Below, piece by piece: positions 32,361 through 44,057 of a stretch of 64,000 bases of DNA. The position numbers were made by a program, and so were the translations under genes. The DNA comes from an uncultured Verrucomicrobiae bacterium. GTDB lineage: Bacteria > Verrucomicrobiota > Verrucomicrobiia > Limisphaerales > JAFGQR01. The notes beneath the pieces are model-generated. The model did not search any database. It was given only the letters and a program-made list of their open reading frames with translations, and was not told the origin of the DNA. Position 1 is the first letter of the stretch. Each line of letters opens with the position of its first letter. The stretch lies in assembly GCA_963788655.1 (NCBI GenBank), contig CAWBHS010000060.1:96001-160000 (forward strand), given 5' to 3'.

Positions 32361-35256
32361 ATGAAACCATATCGTTTTCTTACCTGGATTCCGATGGCAT
32401 TTCTGGCCCTGATCGTAGCGCTGGCTGCGGTCAAGGCTCGGGAAGTCTCCGCGCTCAAAGCTAATTGGAAATTCACACACGGCAATCCGCCGGGAGCCGA
32501 GCAGATCGCGTTGGATGACTCGTCTTGGCAGACGGTGCGGGTGCCGCACGATTGGGCCATCGCCGGGCCGTTCCAACCGGAGGGCGATCCGAATACCGGC
32601 AAGCTTCCCTGGCGCGGCGAAGGCTGGTATCGAAAGCCGTTCCCACTCGCGACCGCGCAATCCGGCCAGCGAGTACTCCTGCTGTTCGAGGGCGTCATGG
32701 CGTTCCCCGAGGTGTATGTGAATGGTCGCAAGGCCGGCGGCTGGGATTACGGTTACAATTCGTTTTGGGTGGACGCCACCGAATTGGTTCGGTTTGGCGC
32801 AACTAATCTCCTGGCCGTCCATGCGGACACGCGTCGTCACGGCTCGCGTTGGTATCCGGGTGCGGGTATCTACCGCAACGTCACATTGTACGTCGTTAAT
32901 CCGGTGTCCGTCGCGCCGTGGGGGGTGTATGTCACAACGCCAACCGTGACCACGAACCGGGCGACGGTACGCGTTCGCACCACAGTGGCAAACCACCTGG
33001 CCGAGCCGGCGGATGTCGAAGTCGAAGTAACGCTGCTCGCTCCCGACGGCAGCGTGGCGGGTTCAACGAAGCAACCTTTGACGGTGCCCGCTGAATCAAG
33101 CGCCGACAGCACGCAGGACATTGGCGTTGCGGCGCCCCAACTTTGGGACGTGGATTCCCCCCAGCTTTACGAAGCCCGGACCAAAATCATGGCTGCCAAT
33201 CGGGTGACCGATGAAATGGCGACAACTTTCGGCATCCGCTCCTTCCAATGGACCGCCAACGACGGCTTTCATCTCAACGGTCGCCGCCTGCAACTCAAAG
33301 GCGTCGAGTCTGCACCATGACCTGGGCGCGTTGGGCGCCGCATTCAATCGCCGCGCCATGGAACGGGAACTGCGAATCATGCGGGACATGGGTGCCAACG
33401 CCATCCGCACCAGCCACAATCCACCGGCGCCTGGATTGCTCGAATTGTGTGATCGCCTGGGCTTGGTCGTCTGGGACGAAGCTTTCGACAAGTGGGACAC
33501 CACCGCCGACCTGTTGGATCGCCGGCAGTTCGAGCCGTTCATGGAACGGCAGGTGGCGAACTTTGTTCGCCGCGACCGCAATCATCCTTGCGTCGTGATT
33601 TGGAGCATCGGCAATGAAATCGGGGACATTCTCAGCAACCGTTACGGCGATGCGCCGGAGAAAGTCGCCTTCATGCACCGTCTATTCCAGCGCCACGATC
33701 CCTCACGGCCTACCACCATGGGCAACCACATCACCGGAGCAGTGGCGCCTGGGAAGCACATTCTCGACGCGCTCGATTGCACCGGCTGGAATTACGACGC
33801 CAAATATCGCGCCGCCAAGAAGCGCTACCCGGACAAGCCAGTGATTTACAGCGAATCCGCCTCGGCTTTTAGCACGCGCGGTTTCTATCGCTTGCCGCTG
33901 GAAACCCGGAAAACCGATTACCCGGACGAACCGCGGCAGATTTCTTCTTACGATCACAATTCCGCATCCTGGTCCGACGTGCCGGATGTCGAGTTTCGGC
34001 GCATGGAATTGGACCGTTACGTGGCGGGCGAGTTTGTCTGGACCGGTTTTGATTATCTGGGCGAACCCACGCCCTATAGCGGCCGCCGGGGACGCGGCAG
34101 CCGATCATCCACCCGCGAGGCCTCGCGCAGTTCCTATTTCGGCATTGTGGATCTGGCGGGCCTGCCCAAGGACCGTTTCTATCTGTATCGCAGTTACTGG
34201 GCGCCGGAGAAATTGACGATTCACCTGCTGCCGCACTGGAATTGGAAAGGTCGCGAAGGACAACCGGTGCCGGTGTATGTCTATACCAGCGGGGATACGG
34301 CCGAACTGTTCCTCAATGGCCGGTCCCTGGGACGGCGGACCAAACGCACGGAGGAGACCGCGCCCGTCAACCTCGCACTCCACAAACCGGCGACGGCTTC
34401 TTCGGAGGAAATTCGTCCAGGCAAAAGAAACGTCGCGTCGCTGGCGTTTGATGGGGACAACACCACCCGCTGGTGCGCTTCGACGAACACCTTCCCGCAA
34501 ACACTCGAAGTGGACCTCGGCACAGTCAGGCCGTTACGCGCTTGCACGATTGAATGGGAAATGGACGCCGGTAGTTACCAGTTCAAAGTGGAAGCGTCGG
34601 ACGACGCGCAAACCTGGCGCGAACTCGGGAACCAGTCCACAGCACGACACGCCGACCAGATGTCATCACTAGCGGTGGACACCGCAGCACGGTATCTACG
34701 GATCGTGGTCACGGGTTCAAACCGGGGTTGGGCCAGCATTCAGGAATTTGCCTGCTACGACCAACCGGTTCGCCCTCATTCCTATTACGACGTGCTCGAC
34801 CGCTATCGGCTGCGCTGGCTCGATGTGCTCTACGAGCCGGGCGAATTGAAAGCGGTCGCGTACAAAAACGGCGTGCGTCTAGGTGAAACGTCCGTTCGCA
34901 CCGCCGGTCCGCCCACCCGACTGAGGCTGACTCCGGATCGTACGCAGCTTATTGCCGATGGCGACGACCTGGCTTTTGTCCGAGTCGAAATGTTGGACGC
35001 CGTCGGCACGCTCTGCCCGAAATCAGCCGCCCGGGTTCGCTTTACCGTCGAAGGTCCGGCGACCATTGCGGGCATTGACAATGGCGATCCGCAGGGGCTC
35101 GATTCGTTTGCCGACGCGCAACACCCGCTCTTTTTTGGAAAAGCAGTCGTCATTCTCCGAATGCAAGAAGGGCGGCCCGGCACCATTGTTCTGCACGCGC
35201 AAACGGAAGGCAGCCCGGAAGCCAGCGCCCAACTTCGGTTGGAAAGCCATGACTGA
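32361..35256 (+). CDS. GH2 beta-galactosidase-like hydrolase with an F5/8 type C (CBM32-like) insertion; +1 frameshift at ~33307
   Basis: VPHDWAI, RWYPGAGIYR, QLKGV|LHHDLGALG, NAIRTSHNPP, WSIGNEI, GEFVWTGFDYLGEPTPY; discoidin-like NLALHKPATASS...AFDGDNTTRW. Confidence 0.9.
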
Positions 35257-35477
35257 AGATGACCATTGCCCGATGACCAATTGGCGAACCGCAAGCAGGC
35301 CATTCACCGAATTGGCGCTCGGGCTTGGGAAATTTTCTGTTCATTGGCAATTGAACATTGGTCATTGCGAAGCCGGTATCGCCCACAAATGATTGAGCAT
35401 AAATCAGGCAGAGAACGGGTTTAACTCCTTCGATGGTCCGCGCTGTTTCATGAGCCAGCACAACGCACGTTGAAAGC

Positions 35478-36296
35478 ATGCTGCACGTTCATAAAATTGA
35501 ATCCTTTGAAGCCCCGATGCTGGCGCCGTATCGCACCATGAAGGACCAGCAGCAGCACCGCGAGCAACACATTTTCGTAGCCGAAGGGGAAAAGCTGGTC
35601 CGGCGGCTGTTGGAGAGCCGGTTTGAGGTGGTCTCGGTGCTGCTGCCGGAAAAATGGTTTACGGATTTGAAGCCCTTGCTGGAAGCGCGCCCGGAGGAAA
35701 TCGAGGTCTTTCTGGCGGACAAGAAATTGCTGGAGCAGCTCACCGGTTACTCGATGTACCAAGGGTTGCTCGCGGTGGGCAAGGTGCCAATGGTTTTGTC
35801 ACTGGACCAAGTGGTGACCGCGAGTCTAACTCCGCGTTTGCTCGTGGCCGTGGACACGCTGAGCAACGCGGAGAATCTGGGTGCCCTGGTGCGGAATTGC
35901 GGGGCGTTCGGCGTCCATGGGCTGCTGGCCGGCGAGACTTCGTGCAGCCCCTATTTGCGCCGCGCGGTGCGCGGTTCCATGGGGGCCATCTTTCATCTGC
36001 CGGTGGTGGAAACTTCCGACTTGGTGGGGTGTTTGCGGGAACTCCAACGCCGCGGGATCCGGTGCGTCGCCGCCCATCCGCATGTCGAAGGCAACACCCT
36101 GCCCCGGTGCGATTTGACTGGTGATTGCTGCCTGGTGTTCGGCAGCGAGGGCTACGGCATCACGGAGCCGGTATTGGCCGTTTGTGATGAAGCAGTGGCC
36201 ATTCCCATGCCCTCGCACGTGGATTCGTTGAACGTAGGCAGCGCGGCGGCAGTGTTTCTTTACGAAGCTAATCGGCAGCGGGGCCGGATGGGGTAG
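35478..36296 (+). CDS. TrmH/SpoU family RNA methyltransferase
   Basis: FVAEGEKLV, ENLGALVRN, LVFGSEGYG, DSLNVGSAAAV SPOUT motifs. Confidence 0.92.
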   Translation: MLHVHKIESFEAPMLAPYRTMKDQQQHREQHIFVAEGEKLVRRLLESRFEVVSVLLPEKWFTDLKPLLEARPEEIEVFLADKKLLEQLTGYSMYQGLLAVGKVPMVLSLDQVVTASLTPRLLVAVDTLSNAENLGALVRNCGAFGVHGLLAGETSCSPYLRRAVRGSMGAIFHLPVVETSDLVGCLRELQRRGIRCVAAHPHVEGNTLPRCDLTGDCCLVFGSEGYGITEPVLAVCDEAVAIPMPSHVDSLNVGSAAAVFLYEANRQRGRMG

Positions 36297-39269
36297 CATC
36301 TCCCGAAAACACTTTCAAATACACTTCCCGGATTGCTTGCCGGTAGGCGGCGACTTGCCGGCGAAAACGCTCGGGAGTCGCACACCCGCAACGCACCGAA
36401 ACCCGGTCAGTACGGGGCTGGGTCCGTCGGCAGGACGGTTTCTCCTTCGAAGCTCCAGCGGCGCAGAATCGCTTCGACATGCCGGAGATGGCCGTAATTA
36501 TGGATGAGCTTCTCGGCATCGGCCCGGGCCAGGGCACCGGTATCGCGAGCTTGCTCAAGGGCGCGCATGGTGTTGGCTTCCTGCCAGCCATTGGCCAAAC
36601 AAAGCGCCTGGGCAATGAACTCGGCATCGATCAATCCGCCGGTACCGGTCTTGATGGCCAGTTCGTTCTGGCCAGCGGGGGTGCGCTCCTTCTCGATGCG
36701 TTCGCGCATGCGGGCAATTTGCTGCTTCCACTCCGGTGTGTAGGCAGTGAGGGGCAAGCTGGGAGCGTTGAAATGGGTGAGCGTCGCGGCCAGCGCCTGA
36801 AATTGTTCGCCCAGTTTCATATTGCCGGCGCAGGGGCGCGTGCGGGTGAGGGTTTGAATTTCCCAGAGCAAGGCCCGTTGACGATAGTATTCTTCGAACG
36901 CGGCCAGCGTGTTGACCAATAGTCCCTTGTCGCCGTCCGGGCGCAGGCGCGCATCGACCTTGAAGGGCGCCCCCAGTTCGGTCCTGGCGGACAGCAGATC
37001 CATGATCTCAACGGCCATCTGCTGAAGTTTGGGCAGGTTCTTGACTTTGGTTTCCGCCACGAACACGAGGTCCAGATCCGAACCGTAATCGATTTCCTGA
37101 CCGCCCAACTTGCCCAGGCCAATGATGACAAAAGGCGGCTTGCGCATCCGCCGATGGCGCAAGGTCACTTCGAAGGCGTATTGCAGGCAGGCGTCCGCCA
37201 GGGAGGTCAACTCGGCATGCACCTTCTCCAGGTCCGCCAAACCGAGGATGTCGCGCAGGCCAATGCGCATGAATTCGGCATGATGATACCGACGAATCCA
37301 GCGGTGCTGGTCTTCGTCCTGCAGGCCGTAACGCAAATCGTTGAGCACCTCGGGAGAGGATTTGGCGCGACGCAAGCGGTCGCTAAGTACCAATTCATCG
37401 ATCAAATCCGGGCTGCGAATCACCGACTCCGCCAGAAACTCGGAACGGTCGAACAAAAGGAGCAGCAATTCGAACAGGTTCGGATTGTGCGTCCAGGTTT
37501 CGAACAAAGTGGAACGGGCGCCATAAGCGCTGATATAACTGTCCAGCCGCGCCAGGACGCGATCCGGATCGGACAAGATCTTGGATCGGGGATCGCACGG
37601 CGGAGGGAGTTCCTCGCCGGTTTTACGACTCAAGGAAAACAGCCGGGGAAGCAGTCGCCAAGCGCATTCAGTCGTCCGCGGCGAAACGTGGACAAAGCCC
37701 GGCCCGTTAACAAACTGATTGAGCAACCGGAACGAGCGATCCACGTCTTTGAAGGAATGGTGGGCCAGCAGTTCTTTCCATTCCGCTTCCGCACCTTCAA
37801 AACGGCCGGGCAGACCGGTAGCGGGACCGTTCGCTTCGGCTTTCAAGAACTTCTCGTACACTTGACGTACATTACCGGTGTGCTGCCGCCGGGCCGACTC
37901 AAACTCCGCCGCGCCGGCGAAGCGCATCAAGGCAGCCATTCGTTCCGTCTCGGCGCGGCTTTCCGGCAGGGTGTGCGTCTGGAGATTGTGCTCCATTTGC
38001 AGGCGATGTTCGACTTGACGTAAGAAACAGTAAGCGGCCGCCAGGGCCTCCGTTTCCTGCGAAGTCATCAAATTATACCGGGTCATCTGCTCCAGGCCCG
38101 CCAGCGTCTGCGCGGTTTGCAAGAAGGGCAACCGTCCCCCCTGCACCAATTGCAGCGCCTGAACCACGAATTCAATTTCGCGAATGCCGCCGCGTCCCAG
38201 TTTGACGTTGCGCTCCAACTCGCCTTCACGGACCACCTCGGTTTCGATCCGCTCCTTCATTTGGGCGATCTCGCGCATCACGCTTTCATCGAGCGAACGC
38301 GGATAGCGGAAGGGTTGGATCATCTCGATAAACTCGCCCGCCAACGTCGGATCGCCCGCCACTCCCCGGGCCTTGATCAACATCATGCGCTCCCAGGTCT
38401 GTCCCCATTGGGCATAATACGTTCTCGTAACTGCCAAGTCCCCGCACCAGCGGACCGGCCTCGCCTTCCGGACGCAAACGCAGGTCAATCCGGTATAAAG
38501 TGCCTTCCGGTGTCGGGCGGGAGATCTCGGCCACAAAGCTTCCCGCCAGGCGGGTGAAAAATTGATGATTGGACAACGCGCGGCCCGGAGCGGCAGCTTT
38601 GCGCGGAGGTTCTTTGAACACGTTGCCTTCCTCGTCGTAAACGAAAATGACATCCACGTCCGAGCTGTAGTTCAACTCCTGCCCGCCCAATTTCCCCAAG
38701 CCGATCACCGCGAACTGCGTCGGTTGCCAGCGTCCTTCGGCGTTCTGGTGATAGGGCCGGCCCAATCGATTGGCGAGTTGCTTTGCGCAGACCTCCCACA
38801 CGCCGCTGAGGCACACATCCGCCACATTGGAAAGTTCACCAACAATTTCCGGCACGTCACCCAACCCGGCCAGATCGCGAACGGCAATGCGCAGCATCTC
38901 GCTTTGTTTGAACTGCCGCAACCGCCCCAATGCACCGGCGAATTCGCCCTTTGCCAGCGCAGGTGGCAGCCACTCATCAACTTCCCGACGCAAGCCCTGC
39001 ATTTGGCGGGGATGCGCCAAGGCTTCGGCATTGATCACCGCCGGCAGCCACTCCGGATGGGTCAGCAACCATTCGGTCAAGGCCGATGATCCACTGAACA
39101 GGGCGCACAATAATCGCGCTTGCTCTGGCGATGCTTGCCGGAGAATGACGCCCATCTCAGTATCCGCGAATTGCTCCAAGTATTGCGTGGCCCGGGCCGG
39201 CGCGGCAGCCGCGTTCACCGCCTGCTTCCATGCCGGAACTGCGATGATTGATTTTGGAGAAGCAGCCAC
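36268..39269 (-). CDS. glnE: Bifunctional glutamine synthetase adenylyltransferase/adenylyl-removing enzyme; +1 frameshifts at ~38420 and ~36408
   Basis: Two nucleotidyltransferase domains: GLGKLGGQELNYSSDVD / RIDLRLRPEG and GLGKLGGQEIDYGSDLD / KVDARLRPDG; NVKLGRGGIREIEF. Frames rejoin as SYENYYAQWGQTWER and PAPYYRVSVRCG. Confidence 0.93.
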
Positions 39270-39282
39270 AGCGTTGAAGTGT

Positions 39283-40290
39283 TCAGACCGGCAGGTGGTC
39301 CAGGGTGACTTCCGTCTCCGGTTGGTTGGGCGGTGGTTTTAACCGGGTAAACAATCCATGCCAGAATCCCAGACCATAAAGAATGTGGGAACAATACACC
39401 AATGGCACGGCCGATACCGCGCGAACCCAACCGTGCGTTCGGGCCGAGAACGCCGCCTGCACGAGCAGCGCCAGCACGTAGGCCAGCAACGGCAAATTGA
39501 CCCCCAGCCAGATGAGGCCAGGATTGGCGTACGCCTCCATGCGGCTCGTGAAAACCGTCGAATTCACGACGGGCAGAAGTACCAAATAAAGCACAAACAA
39601 CGGCGGCACGAAGTTAAGCGCCGATCCCCAAGTCGGATGCACTCGGAATTGCTCGGCCCGGCCGCGACCGTAGGTCAGGAGCATCTTGAAGAAGGCCTTT
39701 ACCGTTGGCCTCGGCCGGCGATGAACGAGGAATTGAGGATCATAAACCAGCCGGGCGGCCTGGCGTTGCAACTCGTCCATCATGGCGTTTTCTTCGTTCG
39801 GGTAAAGCGCTTCATTGAAGCCGCCCAGCGTCACCAACGCGTCCCGCCGAGCGGCCAGATTGCACAAGATCAGCTCCTTTTCACTGGTTTCGCGGACCGA
39901 TCCCACCGCGGCATAACGCGCCCGACTCGGACCGAATGCCAGCCAACTGCTCAACACCACCGCAAACAATTGCTCGAGCGGCGGCGCTTCCGGGGGACAG
40001 ACATTAGGTCCGCCGACCATCTGCACCTCCGCACGCGAAAAATGTTGGCAGGCCCGCCGGAGGTTGTCAGGCAGCGGTTGAGCGTCGTCATCCAGAAAAT
40101 AGATGATTTCTCCGCGGACGGCGCGGATCGCCCGGTTACGCTGCACCGCCGGTTGTTGGCCGCGCGCCACAATGATCTCCAACCGTTCCCGCGGGTAATC
40201 CAAGGCATGCACAGCCGTCAGGGCCAGGATATTCGTCTGGCCCGGTCGGGTCGGGATTACGATGCTCACGAACGGCAATTCGCTGCTCAC
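39283..40290 (-). CDS. Glycosyltransferase family 2
   Basis: VSIVIPT, IIYFLDDDA, GGFNEALYPNEE, C-terminal TM helices. Confidence 0.88.
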   Translation of the reverse strand: MSSELPFVSIVIPTRPGQTNILALTAVHALDYPRERLEIIVARGQQPAVQRNRAIRAVRGEIIYFLDDDAQPLPDNLRRACQHFSRAEVQMVGGPNVCPPEAPPLEQLFAVVLSSWLAFGPSRARYAAVGSVRETSEKELILCNLAARRDALVTLGGFNEALYPNEENAMMDELQRQAARLVYDPQFLVHRRPRPTVKAFFKMLLTYGRGRAEQFRVHPTWGSALNFVPPLFVLYLVLLPVVNSTVFTSRMEAYANPGLIWLGVNLPLLAYVLALLVQAAFSARTHGWVRAVSAVPLVYCSHILYGLGFWHGLFTRLKPPPNQPETEVTLDHLPV

Positions 40291-40433
40291 GCTGTCAAAC
40301 TAAAGAGGGGACGGAACAAGTGCAAAGCGCAAATCACCATGTACTCTCACGCAGCAGCGTCTCAGTGGCACCGCAAACTTTCGTTGCCCAAAATGTCGGC
40401 GTCCTACCGACGCCCCGCCGCGGTTTCAGCGAT

Positions 40434-41672
40434 TTAGCGCGCGTTTGACTTCCCGGCCGTCGCCAATCCGGCTTCCTGCAACAACGGTGGCAATTCGGTG
40501 TTGAGCACCTCGATCCGGCGTTCGATCCGTTTCTTGAAGATAAACAGTGCGCGCCATTGGTGGCGGTCCCGCTCGAGTTCTTTCAAAGTGGGTTGGATCA
40601 CTTCGCTGGCGTCATCCATCCGTTTGAACAATGCATCTTTTGCCATCAGTTTGGACGTCAGTTCCGCCAGGCGTTTCAAGTAGAGCTTGCGGGTTTCGGG
40701 AAGCTCCAACAACACTTTGGCCACGCGTCCCTCCCACTCAGGCATGATGGGGTCGGTGGGATCGTCAAACAGCCGGTCGCATCCGTGAGGAATGAAATAC
40801 ACTTTGCCATCCTGATGATTGCTAAAGACTCGATAGTTGTTAATGCGCATCGAATAGCCGTCCCACAAGTTCATTAGGATTTCCACCGCCACATAGGACG
40901 CAAACAATTTCACGTCAATCGCCGCTTTCAACTTGGCCAATTGCTGATCGGCGTTCGGCTCATTCAACGCCGCCACCAGCGCCCGCAGATCGGTTTGGTG
41001 TCGATCACGTTTGCCGTAATCCTGTTCGAGGTATCCATCGACATCCGCCTCATCGGCTTCGTAAACGGAGCCTTCATCCGTGCCCCAATTGAGTTTGAGA
41101 AAGTCCTTGGTAACCCCTTCGATCATGACGTATAGGCCCAAGTCCCGACCGTTCAATTCCACGCGGGCGAAATTCACGCGCTGGGCGACCACCCCCGCCG
41201 CGGTGAACAGTTGGTACGCCAGCAATTCTTGCACGTACGTCTTGTCAAACATGGCGTTGCTCAAATGAATTTTGCGCAAACCAAAGAACTTCTGCCCGTC
41301 CACAAACTCATTGAACTTCAGTGTGAAGTTGGGTTTTTCATCGACCGGCTGAAAGGTGCTGACCCCCCGGAGGCGCAAACCGACCTGCGAATAGACATTG
41401 CTGCCTTGCTGAATTTCGGCAGGCACATACACCGGCAAATTGGTGTAGGACTTCTGTAACTTGCCCAGGTATTGCTCCTCGATGCTGATTTTCAACGGCA
41501 CCACCCGCAATTTGCCAAAAATCTTTTCGGATTCGCGCCGGATGTCCTCGGGGGTCCATTTCGGCCCATTATTCGCAGCGCGTAGGGAACGCTGGCCAAA
41601 GATGAAACAGGCGAGCACAACCCAAAACAGGGAGTTCAGAAGCTTGATTTGTTTACTGGTCATATTGTTCAT
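40434..41672 (-). CDS. Secreted stand-alone CotH-family kinase
   Basis: VGLRLRGVST, KPNFTLKFNE, FFGLRKIHLSN, LGLYVMIE, WDGYSMRINNYRVF, FIPHGCDRLF. Confidence 0.88.
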   Translation of the reverse strand: MNNMTSKQIKLLNSLFWVVLACFIFGQRSLRAANNGPKWTPEDIRRESEKIFGKLRVVPLKISIEEQYLGKLQKSYTNLPVYVPAEIQQGSNVYSQVGLRLRGVSTFQPVDEKPNFTLKFNEFVDGQKFFGLRKIHLSNAMFDKTYVQELLAYQLFTAAGVVAQRVNFARVELNGRDLGLYVMIEGVTKDFLKLNWGTDEGSVYEADEADVDGYLEQDYGKRDRHQTDLRALVAALNEPNADQQLAKLKAAIDVKLFASYVAVEILMNLWDGYSMRINNYRVFSNHQDGKVYFIPHGCDRLFDDPTDPIMPEWEGRVAKVLLELPETRKLYLKRLAELTSKLMAKDALFKRMDDASEVIQPTLKELERDRHQWRALFIFKKRIERRIEVLNTELPPLLQEAGLATAGKSNAR

Positions 41673-41780
41673 GCGTCATGAATGGTTGATCACGTTGAAT
41701 CGGAACGGTTCAAATTCCGCCGAACAACGTCACATCAATAGCATCGGCAATTAACAAAGCGGGAAAATGCCGACCGCTCA

Positions 41781-41823
41781 AGAAAAAGCAACCCACGGAG
41801 AGACAAAGCCTCTCCGCGGGTTG
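41781..41823 (-). terminator. Probable intrinsic terminator of the 41872-42303 gene
   Basis: Hairpin caacccacggagag-acaaagc-ctctccgcgggttg with an adjacent A run on + (U run on -). Confidence 0.55.
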
Positions 41824-41871
41824 AGTGACAATTCCCAATCGGCGTCCGCAGTAGTGCAGAAATCAAGTTAA

Positions 41872-42303
41872 TCAGGGGCAGCTAATCACACCATTCTTAT
41901 AAGGATCATAGCCGGAATTGGGGTAATAGAGATCAACCGTGCAAACCAGCAAAGACAACGCGCTTTCGTCCAAGGGCGCTCCGCCGTCGCAGCCAATGTC
42001 GCCTTTGAAATACAACTTGCGCAGTTCCCAATCGTACTCCCAAACTTTCTTGGCGGCATTGTACTGGCTTTTAACCGATCCCTTCATCAGTTCTCGTTTG
42101 GCATCGTAAAGCTTCTTCAGCAGTTTGTTACGCGTCGAGGTGGTTTTCCGCACATTGCAAGTGCATAGGCTTTTGGTGTCCTGAATCAAGTTATTAATCT
42201 GCTCCTCACATGAAGCCGGCGCTTGCGCCTGAGCCTTAATTGGCATGGACACAAATATCAAGGGGAGTACTAAGGCTATCGCTAATTTCGTGAGTTTATT
42301 CAT
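41872..42303 (-). CDS. Small secreted Cys-containing helical protein (FIMAH-like)
   Basis: Signal peptide ending AQA; six Cys; helical pattern RNKLLKKLYDAKRELMKG...AAKKVWEYDWEL. Confidence 0.65.
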   Translation of the reverse strand: MNKLTKLAIALVLPLIFVSMPIKAQAQAPASCEEQINNLIQDTKSLCTCNVRKTTSTRNKLLKKLYDAKRELMKGSVKSQYNAAKKVWEYDWELRKLYFKGDIGCDGGAPLDESALSLLVCTVDLYYPNSGYDPYKNGVISCP

Positions 42304-42827
42304 TTTCTGGTTTCCTTCTACTTTGGGTGTTGATTGAGGTTTAAGTTTGCCAAACTAAATCTGACCGGACTTTTCAAGACTGTAAACCCCGAGCGCACGG
42401 GGTAGGAATCTTCTCTAGGATTGGCTAAGAATTCGCATTGCGGTTTCAGGTTCACATTCTGAGTTTTCGGAGCGCCATCAGCGGTTTCCCCGCTTTCAAG
42501 ACTATCCTATCACTGGTTCGCTTCTGAATCGGGTCTTCTATTGATTGGGCAAAGTTTGGCCGTTTTTAGAGAAAAGTCAAACCTTTTGTGCAAAGAAGTG
42601 CGGAGCCAAGCAAACGGGTGAGAACAGGATAATGAAGTTCGATGCGTCTCGCTTTAAAGCACTTCCACAAACTAAGCTCACGATGCAAAGAGATGCAAAG
42701 AACGGTGGTCAATCCAGGACGCCGCTTGATGCCTGCCAGTCTTGAACTTATTTCTGCCAAAACTGCAAAATTTCAAGCCTCGCTTTCATGCCAAACTCGG
42801 CGCGTCATGCATTCTTCTGTCCCGAGC

Positions 42828-42870
42828 AGAAAACGACAGCCCCGCCTACCACCGGCAAGCGGGACTGGAC
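42828..42870 (-). terminator. Probable intrinsic terminator downstream of 43017-43919
   Basis: On the - strand: cagtcccgcttgccggtggtaggcggggctg followed by tcgttttct. Confidence 0.5.
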
Positions 42871-43016
42871 ACGCAATCTGCCTTCGCTCTCGTTTTGCGT
42901 TGACCGGGACTTATCCGGGAAAGCGTAAAGCAAGGCGCTCAAGAGTAATCTCGGTAGTTGTGCCGGATGACTTGAGGTTTATCGAGGTTTTCCTGATGGA
43001 AGCCCAACTGTTCCGC

Positions 43017-43919
43017 TCACTGCTCAGCCTGCAACTGAACCGGCACAGGCATCGGTGGGAATGCAGTACCTTCGTTGCGCGCTTTCATCTCATTCGCCTT
43101 CATCAGCAGGTATTGCTGAGCCGGATCGATTTTAGTCGTCGGCGCCCGTGATTGTGTACGAGTCGAACGCGTCGGGATGGTGCGCAACGTGGAAGCGGAC
43201 GAGCCCCCGCCTGAAACCGAGATGTTACCCGCAGAGGAAGTGCTGCGAGTTGTGGTGGGCGGAAGCCGGTAGGGCATTCGGCGGGCAGCCGCCGCAGCCG
43301 CCGCACGGCTGGCTGGAGTTGCCGTTTCCGACGATGAATTGGAACCTCCCGCCACAACGACATTTCCTGAGGAACTGCTCGATCCTGGGGAAATTACCGT
43401 CGGAGAGTGGCTGGAAGCCGTGTGGGCCGCCGTCGGCAGCCTGATTCCCGGTCGCGGCATTCCGGGTCGAATGCCCGGCGCCAATCGATTGGCGGTGGCG
43501 GGCGCCTTCTTTTTGTGAGGTTCCAGAACCAGCTTCGTTTCCTCACCTGCGTTATTGATGACGACCGAATTATTTTCGACATCAATGCTCACCAGTTGAA
43601 GGTCGCCCTCTCTTTCGCCCACCCGCAGGATGGGTTTCTGCTTTTGTTCACCCGGTGTTTCGATTTCAAAAAACGCCCGCGCTTTGGAAAACATCGTGGT
43701 AATTCCCGTCAGGATAACGGTCGAAGCCGGCTTGGGTTTTTCCGGCTTGGGTTGCGGAGGAGGCGGTGGAGGCGGATCAGAGAGACCAAAAGCATTACGC
43801 TCGACAATCGCTGTGTACTCATTGTCGGCAAACAAATGGCCGGCACTGGCGGCCAGAATCAGTGCCGCTCCACACACCACGGCGACCCGCTGCCCTGAAA
43901 TGTTCATACGCAAGACCAT
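43017..43919 (-). CDS. Hypothetical exported protein with a GspC/PilP-like beta domain and a Pro/Ser-rich tail
   Basis: Signal/anchor, IVERNAFGL, poly-Pro, VILTGITT...LRVGEREGDLQLVSID. Confidence 0.55.
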   Translation of the reverse strand: MVLRMNISGQRVAVVCGAALILAASAGHLFADNEYTAIVERNAFGLSDPPPPPPPQPKPEKPKPASTVILTGITTMFSKARAFFEIETPGEQKQKPILRVGEREGDLQLVSIDVENNSVVINNAGEETKLVLEPHKKKAPATANRLAPGIRPGMPRPGIRLPTAAHTASSHSPTVISPGSSSSSGNVVVAGGSNSSSETATPASRAAAAAAARRMPYRLPPTTTRSTSSAGNISVSGGGSSASTLRTIPTRSTRTQSRAPTTKIDPAQQYLLMKANEMKARNEGTAFPPMPVPVQLQAEQ

Positions 43920-44057
43920 ACTCTATTCCTCTCGCTGTTACCAATTGTGACTTTTAGCCTAGAACACCGACTGAATCAAAGAGTTTCAGCCAAGTCTCTG
44001 GCAGCCCAAATGATTCTCCGGCAGCAGATCACTTGCCGCTGCAACGATGCAGGGCAG

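Noticed and set aside
36268..39269. glnE as a pseudogene or programmed-frameshift gene
   Set aside because: Both breaks are single-base insertions like others in the window, with no slippery sequence or further decay; sequencing error is more likely.
42870..43010. Possible c-di-GMP-I riboswitch (acgcaaa on the - strand)
   Set aside because: The GGCAAA-led first stem and tetraloop-receptor architecture were not found, and it lies 3' of a gene.
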